Shown here: one piece after another, positions 1-7,471 of the stretch | Layout: each line of letters opens with the position of its first letter | Numbering within the stretch: the first letter of the stretch is position 1 | Source: Priestia abyssalis | GTDB lineage: Bacteria > Bacillota > Bacilli > Bacillales > Bacillaceae_H | Direction of reading: 5' to 3' | Length of the DNA stretch: 32,000 nt | NCBI RefSeq assembly: GCF_002019595.1 | Contig: NZ_KV917369.1 | Span: 963,815-995,814 of the forward strand | Notes under the pieces: generated by a model | What the model saw: only the letters and a program-made list of their open reading frames with translations | Told to the model about the DNA's origin: nothing | The model's database searches: none | Position numbers and translations under genes: made by a program

Positions 1-172
1 TAACCTATATCAACAGGGAATATTTGGAGTGAAAGGAAGATTTATGGAAAGGTTGTTTCCCTGTTCCAGTTCTGTTAGAATGATAGCGTTTTGAAGTTTC
101 TTCTATCTGGATAGGAGAAAAAGTCTATTTTCGACATTTTTCACCCGTATCCCATTCTTTTATCCTGTGATA

Positions 173-208
173 TTCTAAAAAAAGGAATTTATAAAAATAT
201 TTTTAGAA
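173..208. repeat. Perfect 9-bp inverted repeat TTCTAAAAA-N18-TTTTTAGAA, ~80 nt upstream of the first phosphatase gene. Possible operator.
   Basis: The arms at 173-181 and 200-208 are exact reverse complements, read directly from the sequence. Function is unknown. Confidence 0.3.
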
Positions 209-287
209 TATGTTGTAGTCAACAAGAACTATATGTTACTTTTGAACTAGGACTTCAGGGTATAAATCAAGATAGGAGATGGAAAAA

Positions 288-1049
288 ATGATTGACGTGC
301 ATTGTCACATTTTGCCGAATGTGGATGCAGGGCCAAAAAATGTGACCGCAAGCCTGGAGATGGCGAAGCAGGTAAACAAACAAGGAGTACATACGATTGT
401 GGCAGCACCGAGTTATCTTAACGAATCGTTTCAAAATGAGAAAACGGCGATAGTAGAACGTGTGAATACCTATGCAAAGCTATTAGCTGAACACAACATC
501 CCGCTGAAAGTATTGCCAGGGCAAGAGATTCATCTAACGGAAGATTTGCTCGAGATGTTTGAAGAAGGCAAGCTGCTGACGATTAATGATAACGGCAAGT
601 ATTTGCTGCTGGCTTGTCCGGAACATGAGCTGCCGTCTTATATCGAAAACCTCCTTTATGAAATGCAGCTAAAAGGGCTTGTGCCCATCATTTCTCAGCC
701 AGAACGCAATGAGCGAATCATGGGGCAGCCTGATATCATTTATCAGCTCGTTAAAAAAGGGGCATTAGTCCAGCTGGGGGCCGCAAGCATTCAAGGCGCA
801 TTCGGGGCGAAAGTGAAAAAGTTCGCGTTTCAATTATTGAAAGCCAATCTCGCTCATGTGATAGCATCAGGGGCTTATCAATCAAGAGACAGCTATTCAT
901 TGAAGGATGCGTATGCGGAAATCAAGAAAAAAGCAGGGATCGAGAAGTTGTACATGCTGCAGGAAAACGCAGACTACATCGTGAAAGGCCAGATGGTCCA
1001 CCGCGAGCAGCCTGTTCGAATCGGAAAGAAACGATTTGGCATATTTTAA
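288..1049 (+). CDS. CpsB/YwqE-family PHP-domain protein with degenerate metal-ligand motifs. Candidate pseudo-phosphatase.
   Basis: ORF 279..1049. The preferred start is ATG 288 (GGAG at 275-278, 9-nt spacer), giving MIDVHCHILP as in YwqE. It is colinear with the downstream paralogue. It keeps HxH and LPGQE but reads APSY, LACP, SQPERN and SGAYQ where the family has TPHH, E-x-P, HPERN and SDAHN. Confidence 0.85.
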   Translation: MIDVHCHILPNVDAGPKNVTASLEMAKQVNKQGVHTIVAAPSYLNESFQNEKTAIVERVNTYAKLLAEHNIPLKVLPGQEIHLTEDLLEMFEEGKLLTINDNGKYLLLACPEHELPSYIENLLYEMQLKGLVPIISQPERNERIMGQPDIIYQLVKKGALVQLGAASIQGAFGAKVKKFAFQLLKANLAHVIASGAYQSRDSYSLKDAYAEIKKKAGIEKLYMLQENADYIVKGQMVHREQPVRIGKKRFGIF

Positions 1050-1173
1050 CGATGCCTATCACTAGAGTGCTTGTCATAATTCGACAAAATACAACCATAC
1101 CCAACAAAGTTTTTTTGTGGTACGATACTACATGTTTTAAAATACTACTTTCATAGTTTAAGAGGTGTTCAAC

Positions 1174-1941
1174 TTGATTGATATACATTGTCATATCTTA
1201 CCGGGAATTGATGACGGAGCGAAAACAATGGAAGACAGCATCAACATGGCGAAAGCGGCAGTCGCAGACGGAATTACGACCATCATTGCCACGCCCCATC
1301 ATCAAAACGGACGCTACATCAATGAAAAAAGTAGTATTATCGAACGGATACAAGAACTAAACGGACAACTGACACAGCACAACATCCCACTAACGATCCT
1401 GCCAGGACAAGAGCCACGCATATACGGAGAACTCGTCGAAGACTATCAAAAAGGTGACATCCTTACATTGAATAACGGCGGCAAATACGTCATGATGGAA
1501 CTGCCATCGAGTCAGGTTCCAAAATACGCAGAACAGCTATTGTTTGACGTCCAACTGCAAGGGCTGAATCCGATCATCGTTCATCCGGAACGGAACGCCC
1601 AAATTATGGAACAGCCTGACATCTTATACAACTTTGTGAAAAAGGGAGCATTAACCCAAGTGACCGCTTCCAGCCTCACCGGCTTATTCGGAAAGAAAAT
1701 CCAAAAGTTCTCTGGGCAGCTCATCGAATCGAACTTGACGCACTTCATCGCATCGGATGCCCATAATATAAACGGCCGGACATTTAAGCTTAGTGAAGCG
1801 TATGACCTCATCGAAAACCAATACGGCGTCGACATGGTGTACTTCTTTACAGAGAATGCAGAGTATTTAGTCAAAGGACAGATGGTCGATCGAATGGAAC
1901 CGGAGAAGGTGAAACGGAAGAAGTTTTTGGGAATTTTTTAA
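1174..1941 (+). CDS. ywqE: Protein-tyrosine phosphatase, CpsB/YwqE family (PHP domain, Mn-dependent). Canonical copy.
   Basis: ORF 1165..1941. The preferred start is TTG 1174 (AGAGG at 1161-1165, 8-nt spacer), giving MIDIHCHILPGIDDG. Motifs TPHH, LPGQE, HPERN and SDAHN are all present. There is a strong resemblance to B. subtilis YwqE over the full length. Confidence 0.92.
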   Translation: MIDIHCHILPGIDDGAKTMEDSINMAKAAVADGITTIIATPHHQNGRYINEKSSIIERIQELNGQLTQHNIPLTILPGQEPRIYGELVEDYQKGDILTLNNGGKYVMMELPSSQVPKYAEQLLFDVQLQGLNPIIVHPERNAQIMEQPDILYNFVKKGALTQVTASSLTGLFGKKIQKFSGQLIESNLTHFIASDAHNINGRTFKLSEAYDLIENQYGVDMVYFFTENAEYLVKGQMVDRMEPEKVKRKKFLGIF

Positions 1942-2040
1942 GTTAAAAAGAGGTATTTTATCTGCATCTTTTTAATGACAAAGGCTGCTTGCACGAAAGC
2001 GGCAAAGGTCATAAATAAGTGCGATTTTTATCCCGCATTA

Positions 2041-2110
2041 ACGGGCAGTAAGACCCCCACTTCAAAGTTTAGAGTTATCGGAGAAACTTAAGTGGGGGAT
2101 AACTGCCCGT
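2041..2110. repeat. 70-nt long imperfect palindrome (extended stem-loop)
   Basis: ACGGGCAGT..CCCCCACTT.AAAGTTT at 2041-2070 pairs with AAACTTAAGTGGGGG..ACTGCCCGT at 2085-2110. No U-tract follows. It lies in the ORF-free spacer. Confidence 0.6.
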
Positions 2111-2133
2111 AAAAGCCCGATAAGATCAACTAA

Positions 2134-2182
2134 CCATCAGTGGGGGATGAAAGAAAATCCCACTAATGGAAGTTTTCTTTAT
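2134..2182 (+). terminator. Stem-loop sharing the AGTGGGGGAT core, followed by a T-rich run. Possible terminator or attenuator.
   Basis: CCATCAGTGGGGGAT (2134-2148) pairs imperfectly with ATCCCACTAATGG (2157-2169). The sequence AAGTTTTCTTTAT follows. Confidence 0.4.
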
Positions 2183-2454
2183 CAGGCAAAGCCTGTATAT
2201 ACATATCAATCTAAAATGGACAGCCTTGTTTAATGTATGTAAGGGATAGCCTTGTCTATCATATAGAACGAAAGAAATGGGCTTTTTGTTTCATATATAA
2301 AGAGCTTTACTATGTGTAAAGTTGAACAATATGATGAAAGAATGCAGGTGATTTGTTGGTAATGTAAGGAAAATCCCTTTAGTTTATTAAAAACTAAGCA
2401 GAATTGTTCGATATAGTAGATGAGGTTGTTGGATGAAAGATAAACAATGCTTTA

Positions 2455-2542
2455 CGGTGATGTCTCCTTGCCGTTACCGATGGAGGCACTCGGTCATGCC
2501 GTGGGTGAATATTCACCTTAGACGCAAGTCGTCAAAGGCATG
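2455..2542 (+). promoter_or_regulatory. Candidate structured cis-regulatory RNA (pseudoknot-capable) in the leader of gtaB and the glycan operon. Possibly EAR/epsC-type.
   Basis: CGGTGA (2455-2460) pairs with TTACCG (2474-2479). The intervening TGTCTCC (2461-2467) pairs with GGAGGCA (2482-2488), giving H-type pseudoknot topology. CATGCC (2495-2500) pairs with GGCATG (2537-2542) and encloses the perfect palindrome GGTGAATATTCACC (2504-2517). Assignment to a class is inference only. Confidence 0.35.
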
Positions 2543-2705
2543 GTGTGAGGAGGGGTTAGATGCCCGCATTTTAATATTAAATAATTAGCTAACTAGCATC
2601 ATTTTACGGGGGTGCTAGACAGCTAGTTATTTAATTTCATTATATATACATACTGTGATCATGCAGAATGGATTCAAAATAAACGTCGAAAGAAGAGGGA
2701 TGGAA

Positions 2706-3593
2706 GTGAAAAAGGTAAGAAAAGCTATTATCCCAGCAGCGGGATTAGGCACACGATTTTTACCAGCTACGAAAGCAATGCCAAAGGAAATGCTGCCGAT
2801 TGTAGACAAGCCGACAATCCAATACATCGTGGAAGAAGCGATTGAATCAGGGATTGAAGATATCATTATCGTAACAGGTAAAGGAAAGCGTGCGATTGAA
2901 GATCACTTTGATTATGCACCAGAATTAGAACAAAATCTTCTGGAAAAAGGGAAAACTGAACTGTTAGAAAAGGTTCAACACTCTTCAAATATGGTCGATA
3001 TTCATTATATCCGCCAAAAAGAGCCGAAAGGATTGGGACATGCCGTTTGGTGTGCGCGCAACTTTATTGGAGACGAGCCGTTTGCCGTATTACTAGGTGA
3101 TGATATTGTACAAGCAGAGAAACCATGTTTACGTCAATTAATGGACGAGTACGAAAGAACTTTATCATCTGTTATTGGAGTGCAAACTGTAGCCGATAAT
3201 CAAACCCATCGCTATGGAATTATTGATCCATTATTAGCAGACGGCCGCCGTTATCAAGTAAATCAATTTGTTGAAAAACCAGAACCAGGTACTGCTCCTT
3301 CTAATCTAGCAATCATGGGACGGTATATTTTAACACCGGAAATTTTCATGTTTTTGGAGCAGCAGGAAACAGGTGCAGGCGGAGAAATTCAATTAACAGA
3401 TGCAATCCAGAGTTTAAATGAAATACAGCGTGTATTTGCTTATGACTTTAAAGGCAAACGATATGATGTAGGGGAGAAGTTGGGATTTATTCAGACCACG
3501 ATTGAGTTTGCGTTACAGCATGAAGATTTGCGTGATGATATTCTTAAAGTAATGGAAGCCTTATTAAAAAAAGAGAAAGTAGAATCAGCGTAA
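2706..3593 (+). CDS. gtaB: UTP-glucose-1-phosphate uridylyltransferase
   Basis: ORF 2655..3593. The preferred start is GTG 2706 (AGAGGGA, 5-nt spacer), giving [31 protein letters not shown]. This is near-identical to the B. subtilis GtaB N-terminus as I remember it. Confidence 0.93.
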   Translation: MKKVRKAIIPAAGLGTRFLPATKAMPKEMLPIVDKPTIQYIVEEAIESGIEDIIIVTGKGKRAIEDHFDYAPELEQNLLEKGKTELLEKVQHSSNMVDIHYIRQKEPKGLGHAVWCARNFIGDEPFAVLLGDDIVQAEKPCLRQLMDEYERTLSSVIGVQTVADNQTHRYGIIDPLLADGRRYQVNQFVEKPEPGTAPSNLAIMGRYILTPEIFMFLEQQETGAGGEIQLTDAIQSLNEIQRVFAYDFKGKRYDVGEKLGFIQTTIEFALQHEDLRDDILKVMEALLKKEKVESA

Positions 3594-3613
3594 TAGAAAG
3601 GGATGACTGAGAA

Positions 3614-4297
3614 ATGCCCCCATCAATGAAAAGTGAAGCACTAAGCACTCATACATCCCAGAGTACACCCCAAGTTGTTGTAAAGGATACGGTAATTTAC
3701 TTATTTTTAAAACGATTCATGGATATCTTTGGAGCAATCGCTGGTCTAACCTTATTAGGATTTATCTTCCTAGTGGTAGCTGTTGCAATCAAATTAGAAG
3801 ATCCGAAAGGTCCTGTATTTTTTTCTCAAAAACGTGTGGGGAAAGATGGAAAAGAATTTGAGATGTATAAATTCCGTTCTATGGTTACAGATGCGGAGAA
3901 GCGGTTAGAAGCATTGCTTAAACACAATGAAACGACCGGTGCAATGTTTAAAATGAAAAATGACCCTCGTGTAACAAAAATTGGTCGTTTTATTCGTAAA
4001 ACAAGTATTGATGAATTGCCACAGCTTTGGAATGTATTAAAAGGGGATATGAGCCTAGTAGGTCCAAGGCCGCCACTTCCAAGGGAAGTTAGTGAGTATA
4101 CTGATTATGATAAACAGCGATTGTTGGTGACACCGGGGTGTACAGGCTTATGGCAAGTAAGCGGTAGAAGCAATATAGGGTTTAAAGAAATGGTAGATTT
4201 AGATTTACATTACATTCGCAAACGGTCTATTTTAATGGATATTAAACTTATTTTCAAGACAGTCCTTATCTTATTTGGATCAAAAGATGCATTTTAG
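3614..4297 (+). CDS. Initiating undecaprenyl-phosphate sugar phosphotransferase (small bacterial sugar transferase, EpsL/PglC-like)
   Basis: A single N-terminal hydrophobic segment is present, followed by KFRSM and DELPQLWNVLKGDMSLVGPRPPLP. These blocks are typical of monotopic phosphoglycosyl transferases. Confidence 0.9.
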   Translation: MPPSMKSEALSTHTSQSTPQVVVKDTVIYLFLKRFMDIFGAIAGLTLLGFIFLVVAVAIKLEDPKGPVFFSQKRVGKDGKEFEMYKFRSMVTDAEKRLEALLKHNETTGAMFKMKNDPRVTKIGRFIRKTSIDELPQLWNVLKGDMSLVGPRPPLPREVSEYTDYDKQRLLVTPGCTGLWQVSGRSNIGFKEMVDLDLHYIRKRSILMDIKLIFKTVLILFGSKDAF

Positions 4298-4383
4298 TTT
4301 TTTGTCAAGAAAGGCATTTAAGTTTAGAAATATAATTAGCCCTTAAGTTTTTGGAAACTAAACTATATTAAGACGGTGATATA

Positions 4384-5718
4384 ATGAGTAAAACGATTAC
4401 TAATGTGACTGTAGAAAACTTATTTACAAGAATTAAAAATAAAACAGCGAAAATTGGTATAATTGGGCTAGGCTACGTAGGGTTACCCCTGGCAGTAGAA
4501 ATAGCAAAAAGTGAATATAATGTAGTTGGGTTTGATGTTAACCAACAAAAAGTAGACTCGTTGAATAATGGACATAATTATATTAATGATGTAAATGATG
4601 AAGACTTAGTTAAAATAGTAGAGAATAATAAGTTTATTTCAACTACTGATTTCTCGCAAATTCAACAAATTGATGTAGTACTAGTTTGTGTTCCAACACC
4701 TATTGATGCTCATCAGCACCCGGATATTTCATATATACAGTCTGCAACAAAGAATATAGCGAACTATATACATGATGAAATGTTAATAGTGCTAGAAAGT
4801 ACAACCTATCCTAATACAACCAAAGAGGTAATGCTACCAATTTTAATGGAAAAAGGTCATAAAGTTGGTGAGGATTTCTTTTTAGCTTACTCTCCTGAGA
4901 GAGTAGATCCAGGTAATGAAAATTTTAAAACAAAGAATATACCTAAAATAGTTGGTGGAATTACAGAAGACTGTACAATGTTAACATCTATGTTCTATAA
5001 AAGTGTATTAAATAGTAATATACATGAGGTATCCAGCCCTGCCGTTGCAGAAATGGCTAAAATCCTTGAGAATACCTTTCGAAATATCAATATAGGCCTG
5101 GCAAATGAGATGGCAATAATATGTAATAAGATGGGGATTGATGTTTGGGAAGTAATAAATGCTGCTGCTACTAAGCCTTTTGGATTTATGCCTTTTTATC
5201 CAGGACCTGGCTTAGGGGGACATTGTATCCCTATTGATCCATTTTATCTTTCATGGAAAGTCAAGGAATACAAATATCATGTGAGGTTAATAGAAACTTC
5301 TAGTGAAATTAATAATTATATGCCTGAATTTGTTGTTGAAAGATCAATGAAAATATTAAATGAAGTTAAAAAACCTTTAAATGGTTCTAATGTTCTTTTA
5401 GTAGGGGCAGCTTATAAAAAAGATATAGATGATATTAGAGAATCTCCTATTTTTGAGATTATTAAGTATTTTGAAGGTCACGGGGCAAATGTATTTTTTA
5501 ATGATCCATATATTAGTGAATTTAATTTTAATGGTAAAAAATATGTTTCGTTTCCCTTAAATAAAGAGAATTTATCTAAAATGGATCTATCTATAATAGT
5601 CACCAATCATACAAGTTTAGATTACAAATTAATAGCTGAGCACTCCAAAATTATCTTTGATACTAGAAACGCAATGGGGAATTATTCAGGTATAAAAGGA
5701 CAATATTATAAATTGTAA
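4384..5718 (+). CDS. Nucleotide-sugar 6-dehydrogenase, WbpA/TviB-like (probably UDP-N-acetyl-hexosamine to uronic acid)
   Basis: Rossmann motif GIIGLGYVGLPLA, YSPERVDPGN, and catalytic-Cys block GLGGHCIPIDP. Length is 444 aa. Substrate assignment is by resemblance only. Confidence 0.85.
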   Translation: MSKTITNVTVENLFTRIKNKTAKIGIIGLGYVGLPLAVEIAKSEYNVVGFDVNQQKVDSLNNGHNYINDVNDEDLVKIVENNKFISTTDFSQIQQIDVVLVCVPTPIDAHQHPDISYIQSATKNIANYIHDEMLIVLESTTYPNTTKEVMLPILMEKGHKVGEDFFLAYSPERVDPGNENFKTKNIPKIVGGITEDCTMLTSMFYKSVLNSNIHEVSSPAVAEMAKILENTFRNINIGLANEMAIICNKMGIDVWEVINAAATKPFGFMPFYPGPGLGGHCIPIDPFYLSWKVKEYKYHVRLIETSSEINNYMPEFVVERSMKILNEVKKPLNGSNVLLVGAAYKKDIDDIRESPIFEIIKYFEGHGANVFFNDPYISEFNFNGKKYVSFPLNKENLSKMDLSIIVTNHTSLDYKLIAEHSKIIFDTRNAMGNYSGIKGQYYKL

Positions 5719-5748
5719 AAGATAAGTGTTATTATATATACATTTTAG

Positions 5749-5790
5749 TCACTTCTTTCAAACGGTCTTTGGAAGGAGTGATTATTTTTT
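5749..5790 (+). terminator. Rho-independent terminator inside the glycan locus
   Basis: An 11-bp stem, TCACTTCTTTC (5749-5759) with GGAAGGAGTGA (5771-5781), includes 2 G-U pairs and an 11-nt loop. TTATTTTTT follows. Confidence 0.7.
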
Positions 5791-6280
5791 AATAAACTTA
5801 ACTTTTTCTTGATAAATTTAATAGGAATAAGTCCTATATAACTTGATAAAGTCCAAAATGTTGTTTAATAAATTACTGTTTAAAGTTTCAGACATAAAAA
5901 TGGTTAATTTCCAGCATTGTTTTAAATAATTATAGTAGTTGTTACAGATTCTTCAGTACATCTAGGTTGCTTATCTGTTCGTAGAGTAAGAAAAAGAGGT
6001 GCTGTTTGTCTTCCAATCAAATCTATTTCTTTTGTACAACGCAGGAAAGAGAGCATGTGTACTATCACGGATATAAAATTTTTAAGTGAATTTTAATAGA
6101 GATTTTTATTGGTTATGATGGCATTAAGAAACAGTAAATTGCATCTTTACTTGGCGAACCAATTGTTTAGGTGAAATTAAATACTGTTGCTCTATAAGAA
6201 ATAGGAAAAAGCGTAAATCGTACAAAAATACAGTGATAATAACTTTCTTAAAAATTATTGTCTAGATAGGATAGATTTCT

Positions 6281-7459
6281 ATGATTAATTCGATATTAAT
6301 TGTCAACACATTTTATCAACCCTATATTATAGGTGGTGCAGAAGTATCAACACAATTACTTGCAGAAAGCCTAGCAAAATATTATAAGGTCTATGTTCTT
6401 ACTACAGGTCCTCAAAAAAAAGGAATTATCCGTGAGGACATCAACGGAGTAAGTGTGTGGAGAGTACCGCAGAATAACATTTATTGGTCTGGAGAACTTG
6501 TGAAGAGGACCCCGTTTCAAAAGCTGGTTTGGAATAGTATAAATATTTATAATGTACCCCAGTACTTTCTTCTAAAGGATATAATAAAAACTATCAATCC
6601 ATCGATCATTCATACTCAAAATTTGTCAGGTATTGGAAGTTTTGTGTGGGAAATCGGTAATATATATAGAATTCCTATTATTCATTCTTTAAGAGATACA
6701 TGGTTAACAAAATCTACAAATATTCCTCTTATATCGAGCGTAATGAAATTATTAAATAAAAAAAACAGTAAACATGTAGATGGTGTTATAGGAATATCAG
6801 ACTTTATTTTAAAAAAACATATTTATAATAACTTTTTTCCTAACGCAGAGCATGCTGTAATTGGTAATATTGTTTCTTCAGAGATCCAGCCTATACTAGA
6901 AGTAAAATTGAATAAGGCCCCTTTAAATATTGGATATGTTGGCAGGCTAGATAAAGATAAAGGAGTCGAATATCTAATAGAAGCTGTAAAAAGTCTTTCA
7001 GAGGATGTTGTTAGTAGGCTATTTATTATTGGAGACGGTTTTTTAAAAGAAAAACTTATCATGATGTCGAAAGATGATAAACGCATTATATTTCTAGGGA
7101 AAAAGAGACCTAGGGAAATACCTAAACTTCTTAATGATATTGATTTAACAGTTGTTCCGTCAATCTGTGATGAAGCATTTGGGAGGGCTATAATTGAGTC
7201 ATACAGACAAGGTACACCTGTATACGCATCAAATCGTGGTGGAATACCTAGTGTAATATTTAATAATTCATTTTTGTTTGAGAGCAATAATTCTTTCGCG
7301 ATTAAAGAGTGTATTCTTCATTATTACTCGATGAGTAGTGAGCAAAGAAGTACTTTGAGAGAATCAGTGTACAATTATAGTAAACAGTTTAACCAAACCA
7401 ATATCATTAAGAGCCATTTAGACTTCTACTCGAATATTTTATCGAAAGTTAGTATGTAA
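6281..7459 (+). CDS. Glycosyltransferase, GT4-like (GT-B fold)
   Basis: The N-terminus ILIVNTFYQPYIIGGAEV and the C-terminal block PSICDEAFGRAIIESYRQGTPVYASNRGGIP are typical of the GT4 family. Confidence 0.85.
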   Translation: MINSILIVNTFYQPYIIGGAEVSTQLLAESLAKYYKVYVLTTGPQKKGIIREDINGVSVWRVPQNNIYWSGELVKRTPFQKLVWNSINIYNVPQYFLLKDIIKTINPSIIHTQNLSGIGSFVWEIGNIYRIPIIHSLRDTWLTKSTNIPLISSVMKLLNKKNSKHVDGVIGISDFILKKHIYNNFFPNAEHAVIGNIVSSEIQPILEVKLNKAPLNIGYVGRLDKDKGVEYLIEAVKSLSEDVVSRLFIIGDGFLKEKLIMMSKDDKRIIFLGKKRPREIPKLLNDIDLTVVPSICDEAFGRAIIESYRQGTPVYASNRGGIPSVIFNNSFLFESNNSFAIKECILHYYSMSSEQRSTLRESVYNYSKQFNQTNIIKSHLDFYSNILSKVSM

Positions 7460-7471
7460 AGAGGGTTTGTA

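Noticed and set aside
12-65. A 9-bp stem, AACAGGGAA / TTCCCTGTT, at the window start.
   Set aside because: The 36-nt loop has no obvious internal pairing and no T-tract follows. The upstream gene is outside the window, so I did not call it a terminator.
922-1194. Antisense or overlapping track ORFs: 922..1194(-), 1178..1360(+), 1581..1874(-), 2627..2866(-), 6823..7287(-), 7426..7638(-), 11518..11754(-), 13432..13653(-), 15340..15522(-), 17588..17812(-), 20702..20998(-), 21944..22546(-), 22434..22766(-), 22578..22811(+), 25606..25791(+), 25916..26149(+), 26561..26791(+), 28007..28291(+), 28078..28287(+), 28650..28904(+), 29263..29565(+), 29837..30124(+), 30864..31118(+), 31704..31886(-).
   Set aside because: All are embedded in or overlap strongly supported genes in another frame or on the other strand. 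They lack RBSs and recognisable motifs and have shadow-ORF-like compositions.
2031-2560. Fragments reminiscent of known riboswitches: GGGATAA...AAAAGCCCG (ykkC/guanidine-I-like) and GACGCAA plus GTTACCGATGG (c-di-GMP-I-like).
   Set aside because: The other obligatory conserved blocks are absent, for example CUAGGGUUCCG and GGUCCGAGAG for ykkC. The c-di-GMP-like fragments are in the wrong order. These are probably chance similarity, and a covariance-model scan would settle it.
2433-2588. A 51-codon ORF (MKDKQCFTVMSPCRYRWRHSVMPWVNIHLRRKSSKAWCEEGLDARILILNN) with GAGG 7 nt upstream, overlapping the structured leader.
   Set aside because: The composition is rich in Cys, Trp and Arg, which is typical of translating a structured non-coding RNA. 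It coincides exactly with the paired helices. I kept it only as an alternative (leader peptide) to be excluded by conservation or Ribo-seq data.
5791-6280. A search for IS or transposase remnants or repeats at the edges of the AT-rich cassette, also covering 8795-9066 and 17895-18356.
   Set aside because: I could not recognise any transposase motif, terminal inverted repeats or direct repeats by eye. This needs BLASTX, so no mobile element was called.
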